A stretch of 64,000 nt of DNA from Tetramitus jugosus (lineage: Eukaryota > Protista > Heterolobosea): the NCBI GenBank assembly GCA_937625935.1, contig OW569375.1, positions 124,001 through 188,000 of the forward strand, given 5' to 3'. Positions 42,317 to 53,970 of this stretch are shown here, in pieces. The notes beneath the pieces are model-generated. The model searched no databases and was not told the origin of the DNA. It worked only from the letters and a program-made list of their open reading frames with translations. The translations under genes and the position numbers were made by a program. Positions within the stretch are counted from its first letter, which is position 1, and every line of letters begins with the position of its first letter.

Positions 42317-45300
42317 ATGAATGATACAACCAATGACTCAACAATCAATTCATTTCACATACCATGGTTCAAAGAATTAAATGTTGAAATGAATCATACA
42401 GTTCAGAGATCATCTCTCTCCTTTATTGCATCCAATAGTAGTAGCAGTGGTTCTTCATCATCTGGATCATTTCTGTCATCATCTACATCCTATCTCTCAT
42501 CCATGATACCTACACCATCTTCTCTCATACCCAGTCGATTGAAATCCAAGAGAGCACGATCCTTTCACAATACTACTACGAACAGTAGTACTAGTAGTAC
42601 TAGTAGTAGTAGTAGTAGTCATTCAAGTGGTAATAATACGAGTAGTAGTAATAGTAATAGTAGTACTAGTATTAGCACAAGCGGTGGTACCTATTATACT
42701 AGTTTTATGATTCATGTGCAGGCTGCCATGTTTATAATCACCACCACCACCACCAATAGTGATGATAAAGAACATGATAGTAGTGATAGTAGTAGTGATA
42801 GTAGTAAAAATAATAGTAATAGTAATAGTAATGGTAGAGTGTTGAGAGATGAGTGGACCGTAGAGCGCAGATACAGTGAATTTGTGAGATTGGATGAACA
42901 TGTGAGATTTATTGTCAATTATTATGATGACAATAGTAGTAGTAACAACAGCAGAAGCAACAACAGTAAGAGAAGAAATACACTTCCAACAATAGCGACA
43001 TCTTCAACAACAACAACAACATCATCCACCGCCACCACCACCACTCTTCAATCCAATCCTTATTCATTGCCTACTCTCCCACCCAAATCCTATGTCAAGA
43101 GACATACGGAAGAATACATTCAACAGAGAAGAATTGCACTTGAGATTTATCTCCAACAATTGATACAATACACAATGTACCATCATCATCATCATCATCA
43201 TGACAATCATCAACAACAATCAACGACAAGTGTGGAACAACAACAACAACAACAAGAATTACAACAGCAAAAACAACAGCATCTCTATGAATTATTATTG
43301 TATTTCTTGGATGTGGAATCATGTCCATTTCATTACTTGTTCTCACCCATCTATCATCAATACAATAATAACAACAATAACAACAATAACAACAATAACA
43401 ACAATAACAATACATCATCATCATCATCATCAGTCATGCAATTAAAGTATGAAAAATTAAAGTTGCAACAATTGATTCATCAAGAACAATTGAAATTGAA
43501 TGAAATGGAAAAGATGTCATCACTCAATGATCATCAACAAACCATGACTGCTGACACTGATGCAACTACTACTACTACTATGACAATAACAACTCTGCCA
43601 CATCATGATGGAACAGTAGTAGATGGCAGTCACCAACATTCATCATCATCATCATCTCTCATTGATTATAATACAATATTTGAAAAGTGTGAATCATTGC
43701 AATTTGAATTGTATCAAAAGAGATGTTTGAGTGATGAGTTTATTGTATCATTTGCACCATTGAATCACAAGTCTATGAAATCACTATACTACTCCTATTA
43801 CACAAATAACAAGAATCATCAGCAGCATAAGAGAAACTCCACTAGTACTACTGCTACTGCTACTACTGCTACTAGTTCTATTGTCATTGATCCAATGAGT
43901 AATGTTGCAGCCATGGCAGCGGAAGGTGATACGATACATGATGATGATAATGATGATACCAAAGACGACAAGACAATTGTAACAACTGAAACTACGCCGC
44001 CGCCGACTATGACGACAACAACAGCAGTCGATGCGACTACTGCTCCTACTGCTACTACTATTCACAGTAGTGATAACCATAATGATGCGACTTACAAGAT
44101 TCATCTGATGACGAACAATAACAACAACCATGGCAATACTACTCCCAATGATACAGCAACTGAAAAGACATCATCATTCCTGAGCACGATATCATTATCG
44201 TCCAAATCCATGATCAAATCTGCCTTTTCATCAAAAACTCCATCTCCTACATCAACAACAACCACATCAACAACAACATCTAACACTCCAACAACAACAA
44301 CAACAGCAATAGAAACACAAACAGCAGCTACAACAGCAACAGGAACAGGAATAGCAGTAAATACATCAACAACAAGAAGACCAACACTGTGGAACAAGTA
44401 CATTCATTCATTGCCCAGTATGATTGCAAATACAACTACCAATACCACGAGTTCAGTTGCCAGTGCCATTACAAGTGTCACAGGATCAATTGCTCGAAAC
44501 ACTATTGGCAGCAGCAGCAGCGGCAGTACGAGTGCTTCTACAGATGTCAGCAACAGTAGTCACATGGATAATCACTTGCTCATCTCACCACCCAGTCCAA
44601 TGGCTGCTGACGATACTTGTCATCCTAAAGGTGCAAGTAACAATAGTCGTAATCGAAATCATATGAGTAGTAGTAGTAGTAGTAGAAGCCTGTCATTCAT
44701 CTCTCAATTAGATGATGATGACGAACAACAGGATGGACAGGATGAGAATCATGATGATGTCAATGGTGTCAATGGTGGTGGTGGTGGTGGAGCTGATGAA
44801 CACACTTCCTCTACTAGTCAACAACCCAGTGCAACACTATTGCCACTCGTATCAACAGTAGCAACAGCATCAATTGTTGCTGCTGCCAAGGATCACAAGT
44901 GGTACACATTTCGAACATCGATCCATGGTCGAATCGAAATCTATCAACATTTGACTGATGAGAGTACAGTGGATCAAATCATGAACAGTAGAGCTCACAT
45001 GATTTCATTCAATGTTGAGAACATCAAGTGCATCATGAAACTGTACAATACGTTCCAGGGTAACACTGGTCTCAGTGTCATTCACATTGCTCTATCTCCC
45101 ATTGTTCTCAATGTAGCATGCTGCAACAAGTGGATTCATCATTACACTTCCAGCAGTACTCACAGCTGCATGATTGATTCTACAACGATTCAATTATTGA
45201 GTCGAGAGTCCAATGAATTGATCAGTGTGCTCGGTGCTCAGGTCAAACTGTTGAACATGAACTGTCACAAGATGATTCAATACCTCAAGACACATATCTT

Positions 45301-45880
45301 GAATCGGAAACAAGTCACGTACAACTCGGAATCGTCGGATCATGAGAGTCAGTTGATGAGACTGTGGGATCTAGCTAATTTGAACGATGTACCATTGCAG
45401 AGCAGAAAGAGTGAACAATGGGTTCACATCGGATTTCAAGGCAACGATCCAGCAACAGACTTTAGAGCCATGGGATTGTTGGGACTCGATCTGCTCATCT
45501 ACCTGTTTGAGCACTACAATCAACGATGCAAGAATATACTGGCACAGGACAGAGATTATCCTTTTTGTGTCGCAGGCATCAACATTGCCCACATGCTGCT
45601 GAGTATGATGAGCTGCACTGATGCTAACAATCTGAGCAATCAGAGCTGGGATAACCTAGTGTTCAATTTTGTTTGCCGTCAGTGGGAACACACACCAAAC
45701 TCCTTTGAGGAAATGTTCTGTGTCATGGTAGAGGTTCTGGACAACGTATGGGTGGAGATGGGAGCCACATACATGATGTTTAATCAAGTGCTGCAAGAAA
45801 CGCGTCAAAGAATATTGAACAAGTTCAACGAGCATCAACCTCTCCACTTTGACGAGCTACGCAGCCTGTTATCTATATAA
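42317..45880 (+). CDS. PX-domain plus ELMO/CED-12-domain protein
   Basis: WTVERRYSEF, LPTLPPK, YIQQRRIALEIYLQQL (PX); WVHIGFQGNDPATDFRAMGLLGL, YPFCVAGINI (ELMO). Confidence 0.9.
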   Translation: MNDTTNDSTINSFHIPWFKELNVEMNHTVQRSSLSFIASNSSSSGSSSSGSFLSSSTSYLSSMIPTPSSLIPSRLKSKRARSFHNTTTNSSTSSTSSSSSSHSSGNNTSSSNSNSSTSISTSGGTYYTSFMIHVQAAMFIITTTTTNSDDKEHDSSDSSSDSSKNNSNSNSNGRVLRDEWTVERRYSEFVRLDEHVRFIVNYYDDNSSSNNSRSNNSKRRNTLPTIATSSTTTTTSSTATTTTLQSNPYSLPTLPPKSYVKRHTEEYIQQRRIALEIYLQQLIQYTMYHHHHHHHDNHQQQSTTSVEQQQQQQELQQQKQQHLYELLLYFLDVESCPFHYLFSPIYHQYNNNNNNNNNNNNNNNNTSSSSSSVMQLKYEKLKLQQLIHQEQLKLNEMEKMSSLNDHQQTMTADTDATTTTTMTITTLPHHDGTVVDGSHQHSSSSSSLIDYNTIFEKCESLQFELYQKRCLSDEFIVSFAPLNHKSMKSLYYSYYTNNKNHQQHKRNSTSTTATATTATSSIVIDPMSNVAAMAAEGDTIHDDDNDDTKDDKTIVTTETTPPPTMTTTTAVDATTAPTATTIHSSDNHNDATYKIHLMTNNNNNHGNTTPNDTATEKTSSFLSTISLSSKSMIKSAFSSKTPSPTSTTTTSTTTSNTPTTTTTAIETQTAATTATGTGIAVNTSTTRRPTLWNKYIHSLPSMIANTTTNTTSSVASAITSVTGSIARNTIGSSSSGSTSASTDVSNSSHMDNHLLISPPSPMAADDTCHPKGASNNSRNRNHMSSSSSSRSLSFISQLDDDDEQQDGQDENHDDVNGVNGGGGGGADEHTSSTSQQPSATLLPLVSTVATASIVAAAKDHKWYTFRTSIHGRIEIYQHLTDESTVDQIMNSRAHMISFNVENIKCIMKLYNTFQGNTGLSVIHIALSPIVLNVACCNKWIHHYTSSSTHSCMIDSTTIQLLSRESNELISVLGAQVKLLNMNCHKMIQYLKTHILNRKQVTYNSESSDHESQLMRLWDLANLNDVPLQSRKSEQWVHIGFQGNDPATDFRAMGLLGLDLLIYLFEHYNQRCKNILAQDRDYPFCVAGINIAHMLLSMMSCTDANNLSNQSWDNLVFNFVCRQWEHTPNSFEEMFCVMVEVLDNVWVEMGATYMMFNQVLQETRQRILNKFNEHQPLHFDELRSLLSI

Positions 45881-46471
45881 AGGAAGTTTATGTGGCACTT
45901 GCATCCCAACTTTAATGAAGCAAAAAGCCTACATTACTGAGGGTTCTCGAGTAGTCTCCTATCTCGATACGAAACAAGTAACAAGAGGATTAATGAAGAA
46001 TGGGATGACGAAGGAGGTCGCAGAGACAAAAGCCAAACTATTTGTGTACAGCACCAAATAAAAACGCAACCAATTTTCATCTGAACAGCAGGGCGTAGAG
46101 GAAATGAAGCATCTTCGTCGTCCAACGTTCCCTTGTATACAACCAAGGGGTTGCGCCTCTATTTAATAGTTCGGTTTTTTGTTGTTAATGCCAGGAACCG
46201 TCAAGCTAACTAATGAAGGCCTGTATGCTTCGTATCCTCTTATTTATTTGTGTACCACTCGAAACAACAGGCAGTATGTTACAAAGAGGTGAGTTAAATT
46301 AAACTATATGTAAGTTTGAATGGATAAAGAAAAATATCTTAAAATTAAAATAATTGATAATTAATAAAGTATGTTGATTAATCAACTTTTATATTAAGTA
46401 TCTTTGTTTACGTGTAGTGTATGATTTACGCTGTTAACTTCTGGTCCGATTACTAGATGAAGATTGTATGG
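45881..46471 (+). mobile_element. Possible degenerate copy of the same retroelement family (ends approximate)
   Basis: Peptide L..NG.TK..AETKAKLFV...K resembles L..HG.KK.RETKVKRLV...K of the 56133 element; TGTAGTGTAT at 46413 and TTGTATGG at 46464 are shared with it. Confidence 0.4.
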
Positions 46472-46616
46472 ATCTTTGGATAGTTGTCCGTTTTGATGTG
46501 CCCTTTGATATTTGGTTTGAGTCCCTTTGCATGTCTGCGGTTGGCTTTCACATGGATAGTCTGCACCAAGCAAATTTTTCCATTTTATCCGAAACGGAGT
46601 CGAATAACATCAAACA

Positions 46617-47996
46617 ATGAAACGACTCCTTTCTTGCTCTCGAATCGTTCATCAGAATGGGCAATTGCCATCGATCCTCCATTATCCTTCTCCTGTGTGT
46701 AGATCTACACCATCATTGTCTCTCGTGAAGCCATCATCGTTCAGGTTGATTGGCTCATGTTGTCAATATGCCACGAATCATCATCACAACAAGAAGATTT
46801 CAACTCCTCCACCATCATCATCGTCTCTCGCACCCATGTCTGATGCCCCTCCACTTGTTCCCACCCATCCCCTCAACAGCAATCATAATTTCATCATTGA
46901 TTTTCCTGCCACAACAACAACCAATAATGAACAACAACAACAACAACACAGCAACAACCATAAAGTGAATGACGATGATGATGATACGACAACAACATCA
47001 ACAACAAGTACAGGACAACAGATGACGACCTCCACCACCACCAATCACTACTACTTTGTTCAACAAATGAAGGATGGAGTCATGAGATTGATGCCCATTG
47101 TCTCCCGTGCTCAACTCTCTGCTCTTGTTCACAGTGTAGATGAGAGAACACACATTCGTGGTTACTCTAGTCTCAAGATTCTGTTGGCTGTAGGTGCAGT
47201 AGGACTCGTGTTCTGGTACGTGTTCCATGACGAGATCAAGGATGTGGCAGCACAGCACACGGCCGATGTTGCCAGTCGTTCACTGTCCTCTGATTCATTG
47301 CAGGGATCAGCCAGTACACTGAGCAAGAGTGTGGTGTCTGATGTGTTGAATGATGCAGTCATGAGAGATCAAGCACTCGTGTTCATTGTTGACTTGTTGC
47401 ACAGGGAAGAAACAAGACAAGCAGCCACTCAATTCCTCAGTCAACTGTGCAATGATGCCTATGTGCAACAAGAGTTGTCCAAACTGTTGAAACAGCAGTT
47501 GAATGTCTTGTTGAATGATCCATCGACTCTGCAACAAGTCACTCAACTCATGTATCATGTCATATTGCAAGACAGTACCATGAATGCAATGAATCAACAG
47601 TCTCAGAATGTCATCAACAGTGTATCCTTCCAGGAATCAATCAATCGATTGTTCATGAACAGCTTGTACAGTGCATCTGTTCAGGAGGCGAGTACACAGT
47701 TGGCCAATCGAACCGTGTCTCAAATGTTGAACGATGATCATGTGAATCAACTGGTGCGCACATGGCTCAACTCTCTATTGAATGATGAGACAATCAAGAT
47801 GAAGGGCAGTGAAGCACTGTGGGATGTAGTTCGATTGGGTGTGTTGCCTCGATGGTGGATCGGTGGAGCACCAGCAGCAGCAGCATCTGAATCAGGGAAC
47901 GCAAGTGGTGTTGATCAAGTTGGTCGTACAAGTGATACTTCAGCAGCAACAATGAGCGATCCTTTGACGACGAGTGCACCTGTTGCACCAGTCTAA
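46617..47996 (+). CDS. Putative mitochondrial single-pass membrane protein with helical C-terminal region
   Basis: Arg/Ser/Leu-rich, acid-free N-terminus, one TM (ILLAVGAVGLVFWYVF), amphipathic helical repeats. Confidence 0.7.
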   Translation: MKRLLSCSRIVHQNGQLPSILHYPSPVCRSTPSLSLVKPSSFRLIGSCCQYATNHHHNKKISTPPPSSSSLAPMSDAPPLVPTHPLNSNHNFIIDFPATTTTNNEQQQQQHSNNHKVNDDDDDTTTTSTTSTGQQMTTSTTTNHYYFVQQMKDGVMRLMPIVSRAQLSALVHSVDERTHIRGYSSLKILLAVGAVGLVFWYVFHDEIKDVAAQHTADVASRSLSSDSLQGSASTLSKSVVSDVLNDAVMRDQALVFIVDLLHREETRQAATQFLSQLCNDAYVQQELSKLLKQQLNVLLNDPSTLQQVTQLMYHVILQDSTMNAMNQQSQNVINSVSFQESINRLFMNSLYSASVQEASTQLANRTVSQMLNDDHVNQLVRTWLNSLLNDETIKMKGSEALWDVVRLGVLPRWWIGGAPAAAASESGNASGVDQVGRTSDTSAATMSDPLTTSAPVAPV

Positions 47997-48263
47997 AAAC
48001 CCTTGGATCACACACATTCGCGTGATAATAGTATTTGAATGTTTTCGTTCAGAATTCTGTGCATGTCTCATCACGCATGGAGACAAGTCAACACCACATT
48101 CGCAAGCATCCATGTCACCCCTCACTTGTGTGGTTACAACACAAGTCGGATAATTGACAAGGCGCCACCAGAAAAAAACAAATTTCATAAGGTTTGACGA
48201 GCCGCCACACACAAAAACGAAAAACCACAAACAAACAACACACATAAAACACTCTTTACGATC

Positions 48264-50313
48264 ATGTCCAATTTGGGTATGTTGTTCTGGCAAGCTTCTC
48301 ACACCCTGAATCTCTCCACTCGAAAGAATCAATGAACTGACTCGAATTTTTTTTGTATCGTTTTTTTTTCTATTCGTCATTCATTTTCATCAAATCATCA
48401 TTGTTATCAATCAACACCTTGTCATCAACACCTTGTACTGTTAATAATAACAATCATCATTGTACTCCTCCCTCCTATTGTTCTCTGAATCACTATCACC
48501 ACCACTATCATCAATATCATCAATATCATCAAACACCAAATGAACAACAACAATAGTAGAAGAAGGAGAAGAGTCAGCACTGTACCCAATTGCTATTCTA
48601 ATTGATGAATTAAAGAATGAAGATGTTCAATTGAGACTCAACTCAATCAAGAGACTAGGCACCATTGCCAATGCACTGGGTCACTATAGAACGAGAACAG
48701 AATTGATTCCATTCCTCAATGAGTCATGCATTGATGATGAAGATGAGGTGTTGTTGGCACTGGCTCAAGTATTGGGCACATTTGTTCCCCATGTCGGTGG
48801 AGCAGACAAGGCAGTGTGCTTGTTGACTCCATTGGAAACTCTGTGCAATGCAGAGGAGGCAACAGTCAGAGAGGCCGCAGTCAAATCACTGGTCAAGATT
48901 GCCAATGAGATGAAAGTCGTACAGCAAACAGAACAACACTTTTTGCCCTTGTTGAGACGGTTGGCCAGTGGTGACTGGTTCACTAGTCGATCCAGTTCCT
49001 GTGGTCTGTTTGCCGTACTGTATCCACTCGTAGGTTCCGATGTGAGAAGTGAATTGAGAGCATCGTTTGCCAAGTTGTGCAAGGATGAGACACCCATGGT
49101 CAGAAGAAGTGCCAGTGCCTATTTTGGAGAGTTTGCTGCACGTGTCGAAAAGGAGTATCTGACCAGTGAATTGGTGCCCATGTTTCTCGCTCTCAGAGAA
49201 GACGAACAGGACAGTGTGAGATTGTTGTCTGTGGAGAATTGTGTCCACTTGGCAAAATTGTTGACACCAAAAGAGTCGATTGCGCACGTGTTGCCCACCA
49301 TTAAGAATTGTGCGACGGACAAGTCATGGCGCGTACGGTACATGGTGGCTGAACACTTGAAGAGTGTGTGTGAGAGCATGGGACCCGATGTGACCAAATC
49401 CGACCTTGTCTCACACTATGTCTCTCTCATGAGTGACAGTGAGGCAGAAGTCAGAACAGCCAGTGCATTCAAGATTGCTCAAGTGTGTGAACTGTTTCCA
49501 CGCGACACCATTATCAATCAAGTGTTGCCCCATGTGAAACAGTTGGTGACTGACAAGAGTGAGCATGTGAGAGCTGCATTGGCCAGTGAGATTATGGGAT
49601 TGGCGCCTATTCTGGACAAGGAGAGCACCATTAAGCACCTGTTGCCATTCTTTCTCCAATTGTTGAGAGATGAGTTCCCAGACGTTCGACTCAACATCAT
49701 CTCCCGACTCGGCGTAGTGAACAAGGTGATTGGTGTGGATTTGTTGGCTCAGAGCTTGTTGCCTGCCATTGTTGAATTGGCAGAGGACAAGCAGTGGAGA
49801 GTCCGGTTGGCCATTATTGAATACATTCCACTGTTGGCCAGTCAGTTGGGTGTCAAGTTTTTTGATGAAAAGTTGAGTAATTTGTGCATGACATGGTTGG
49901 CAGATTCCGTGTATTCGATACGTGAGGCAGCCACCAACAATCTCAAGAAACTCACAGAGATTTTCACAGTTCAGTGGGCAAAGGACAACTTGTTGCCACG
50001 TGTGCTCGCCATGTCCAACAACTCCAACTACCTCTATCGAATGACCACTCTGTTTGCAATATCGGCACTGAGCAGTGTCATGAGTCAGGATGTCATTGCA
50101 GAGAACATGCTCGGTGTTTGTCTCAACATGGCACGTGACCCTGTTCCAAACATTCGATTCAACGTGGCCAAGACATTGGAGACCATTATCCCCACAGTGG
50201 AGCCAAAGGTTGTCCAGGATCACATTAAGCCATGTCTCGTCACTCTGCAACAGGACTCTGATGCCGATGTCAAGTTTTATGCCTCTCAAGCCCTAAGTCA
50301 CATTAACTTTTAA
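48264..50313 (+). CDS. PPP2R1A: PP2A scaffold (A) subunit (intron 48277-48556/48559)
   Basis: Spliced [59 protein letters not shown] repeats. Confidence 0.97.
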
Positions 50314-50575
50314 TTTTGCATGTGGACGACTCTCACTCGCAAACACATCCCCACCACTCCCAAGCCAACAACAAATATTTGTCTTATTAAACCCAACTTA
50401 TGTACCAATATCAAAATGACATTTGAACAAATTCTCTTGTTTCTGTTCATATGACCTTTTTGAGGTCAAAAACACGCCTAGCTCTCTTGGAGAGATAAAA
50501 AAAGATCATTCTTCCCTTTTCACAACAACAACACACAGAACAAATCAACAACAAATCAACGACACAACAAGTGAA

Positions 50576-53500
50576 ATGACAAAAAAGAACCATAAGAAGA
50601 AGTCATCCTCACAACAACAACGACCAGTGTCATCATCAACAACTACAAGTACGAGCAGCAGCAGCAGCAGTGATACACCGATTGTTGATGATTCAACAAC
50701 AAGACAACAACAAATCAATCACCATGATGATCAGAGTAGTGATGTGAACAACAATGAGATGATGATTCAACAAGACGACAATAGTCATCATCATAATAGT
50801 GATGTCACTGATGAAAAACAAGTTGTATTAGGAACACAGAGTGATGACAACAAGAGCAGTCAAACTACAACCATTGATTCTTCATCAACGAATGACAGTA
50901 CAACTGACACTAACAACAACAACAACCACAACAACAACACTACTACTAATACTACTACTACTACTAATGATAATCATAGCCACAACAACAACAGCAGCAG
51001 TAGTGATCATGATGAAAATCATCATGCTGGTGGTGATGATGAGGATTTGAAATCAATGACAAATAGTACTGATACTGTTACTGTTACTGTTACTACCGAT
51101 AGTGATGACAACACGGCAACGAACAATGATCATGTTGTAATTCATGGCGATCAGAATGATACTACGACTCCAGTTGTTGAATCCTCTCCATCATCATCAT
51201 CATCATCCTCATTATCAACATTACAAGAATCATCATCATCACAAGCAGAGAATGATGACAATGAAGTTCATAAGAATGACAATACTACTACTACTACTAC
51301 TGCTGATATCAGTGCTGATAATGAACAACAAGAACAACAAATCATCATCTCTCAAATGTTGTCATCATTCATGAATAGAGTATCAAATGATATGGAATCC
51401 AATCTCATTCACAAGGTCAATCAATTGAATCAACAATTGGATCACGTGACTCATCAATACAATCAATTGAAACAATTGAATCAACAACAACAACAACAGA
51501 ACACTGCCAATACTACTACTACTACTACTACTACTACTGCTGATGCTACTGCTGATCATAACACGAATACTACACTAGATGCAGAGACAACAAATACGGA
51601 TAATCATAATCATAATCATAATCATAATACATCATCATCATCATCATCGTCATCATCACATTTATCAGAGTTGGAAAAGCAATTGAATGACAAGACATTG
51701 GAGTTGAATGAACTAAAGACAAAGATGAATGATTGGAAGGACAAGGTGAAGAAAATTACAACAAGGGATGCTCAAAAGATTGAATCATACAAGAAACAGC
51801 TCCAGTCCAGAGAAGAAGAATTGAATCAATTGAAACAACGGTATGAGAGTGAGATGGATGAGTGGAATCGTTCGATCGAAGCATTGAAACAAGAGCAACA
51901 ACAACAGCTAGAGCAAGCACAACAAACGCAACAGCAGCAACAAGAGGCACAACAGCAGACACAACGGGATTCTCTGCAACAATATGAACAACAACATCAA
52001 GCACTGTTACTCAAGATGGAACAGGAGAAGCAGGAATTCATTTCTGCTCACAATACGATGCAATTGATTGAGAAACAAGATGTCATTCAAATTCTCTACT
52101 CTGTTCAACTACCCATGGCATCATTATCATCATTATCATCATCATTATTGGCAAATGATAGGAATCAAGAGAATGGTAACAGTGAAAATGGTGGTACCAA
52201 CAATGCTGATACGAACAATAATAATAGAGATGACAAGAATAAGCATACGAGTGATGATCATCGTTTGAACACATGGTACTATGTTCAATTGAGATCAGCA
52301 AAACCAATGCAATCCAATCTCTCTCATCCATTTATTCTCACAACAAACAATGTGAACACTGTGAATCAAGATGAGCAGAATAAGAGTGATTCATATGACT
52401 ATTATTGTTGGCTATTGAGTGATTACTACAACGAGTTGATGGCAGCGGAGGATGGTGATGATGTGACAACAGAGACTACAACAACAACAATACCACAGAC
52501 ATGCACAAACATTAATCAACTGTTGAGTCAACAAGTGAGTCAAGCAACTCAATTGAGCGAGGAACTAAAGACGTACAAGAACAGGGCTCAAAAGGCACTC
52601 AAGAACAAGATGGATCAATTGCACGAATTGAAGGTTGAGAATGAAAAACAGTTGAATCAATTAAAATTGGACAATGATCAACTCATTCTCAACAATAATC
52701 AATTGAAGTCGTCAATGGACGAGTACAGAGATCAATTGAATCAATTGATTCACATTCAAGACGAGTTTGTGCAGTTGAGTGTAAGGCATGAAGAATTGAA
52801 TCAGCAGTACCAGACTAGCTCTCGCGACTTGAGTCAAACTCAACTCCAATTAAGTCAACAATCATCTCAACACTCGATCGAGCAATCCAAAATGGAACAA
52901 TTGTGTCAATCAAAGATTGAATCATTGAACGAATCAATGAAACAAATAGAGGTGCAATACAAGAAGGAATTACAGGTCAGTCGAGAGAGAACAAGACGAT
53001 TGTTGGACGAGAAGGAAAAGGAGATTGCAAAGTTCCAAATCAAATTACAAAATGTCAAGAGTGAACAGTTGCAACAGTTGCAAATGCGTCAGTTGGAGCA
53101 ATTACAGGAACAACAGGAGATAGAGCGACAAAAGAAGGAACGGGAGGAAAGAGAGCAACTGAAGCTCTCGAAACAACAACAAGAACACCAAGCCACAAGC
53201 AACAGTCAGAGTGTTCAATCCACTCCTGAACAAGAAAGTCACTCAGACGACAAGGATATACTGTCAAGTGTTCTCTCGGACATACTGTCATCGACTACGG
53301 ATGCAACTGCGCAACAGGATGAAGTTGTTCAGTTGGATCCCACGAGTCAAACTCTTAGTATGCATGCTCCATCCTCACCATCGGTATCGTTGCTTGAATC
53401 CTCGACAAGTGCAGTTCTGAACGATTTTGACAAAATGTTTGCATTGGCTCAGATGCAAGCAACAAGAGATGTTGAAATATCAGAGTACAGAAGGAGTATT

Positions 53501-53830
53501 CAATCGTTGCAGAAGCAGATTGAAGATCATGAATTGAGAGAAGAACAGTTGAAATCAATGGAGCAACAACTGCGGTCACAGATTGAACACTTGGAAAAAT
53601 TGTACTCGAATGGATCTGGCCCCAATTTGGAATATTTGAAGAATGTGTTGTGTAAATTCCTGGAGACTGTCAATGATGACAAGAATGAGGCAATGAAGCT
53701 CAAGTTGTTCAATGTCATTGCCACCATTCTCGATTTATCGAATCAAGAGCAACAACAAATTGTACAAAAGTGGAAGGATAAGTCGGACTCCAACGCAGGC
53801 ATCACTCGGTGGAGTTTGTTTGGTAAATAA
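50576..53830 (+). CDS. GRIP-domain golgin
   Basis: Long coiled coil; C-terminal NLEYLKNVLCKFL..LFNVIATILDLS.QE. Confidence 0.9.
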   Translation: MTKKNHKKKSSSQQQRPVSSSTTTSTSSSSSSDTPIVDDSTTRQQQINHHDDQSSDVNNNEMMIQQDDNSHHHNSDVTDEKQVVLGTQSDDNKSSQTTTIDSSSTNDSTTDTNNNNNHNNNTTTNTTTTTNDNHSHNNNSSSSDHDENHHAGGDDEDLKSMTNSTDTVTVTVTTDSDDNTATNNDHVVIHGDQNDTTTPVVESSPSSSSSSSLSTLQESSSSQAENDDNEVHKNDNTTTTTTADISADNEQQEQQIIISQMLSSFMNRVSNDMESNLIHKVNQLNQQLDHVTHQYNQLKQLNQQQQQQNTANTTTTTTTTTADATADHNTNTTLDAETTNTDNHNHNHNHNTSSSSSSSSSHLSELEKQLNDKTLELNELKTKMNDWKDKVKKITTRDAQKIESYKKQLQSREEELNQLKQRYESEMDEWNRSIEALKQEQQQQLEQAQQTQQQQQEAQQQTQRDSLQQYEQQHQALLLKMEQEKQEFISAHNTMQLIEKQDVIQILYSVQLPMASLSSLSSSLLANDRNQENGNSENGGTNNADTNNNNRDDKNKHTSDDHRLNTWYYVQLRSAKPMQSNLSHPFILTTNNVNTVNQDEQNKSDSYDYYCWLLSDYYNELMAAEDGDDVTTETTTTTIPQTCTNINQLLSQQVSQATQLSEELKTYKNRAQKALKNKMDQLHELKVENEKQLNQLKLDNDQLILNNNQLKSSMDEYRDQLNQLIHIQDEFVQLSVRHEELNQQYQTSSRDLSQTQLQLSQQSSQHSIEQSKMEQLCQSKIESLNESMKQIEVQYKKELQVSRERTRRLLDEKEKEIAKFQIKLQNVKSEQLQQLQMRQLEQLQEQQEIERQKKEREEREQLKLSKQQQEHQATSNSQSVQSTPEQESHSDDKDILSSVLSDILSSTTDATAQQDEVVQLDPTSQTLSMHAPSSPSVSLLESSTSAVLNDFDKMFALAQMQATRDVEISEYRRSIQSLQKQIEDHELREEQLKSMEQQLRSQIEHLEKLYSNGSGPNLEYLKNVLCKFLETVNDDKNEAMKLKLFNVIATILDLSNQEQQQIVQKWKDKSDSNAGITRWSLFGK

Positions 53831-53970
53831 TCTGACACAGCTATAAAACATGTCTTAAGTTATAGAAGTTGATTCTGTTCGTTAATTCCGTTGCAGCATT
53901 TGTGTGGAAAAACTGATTGGCTCATTCACGAAAAGAAACTCAACGAACGGAGCAACAGTACTTCACAGAA

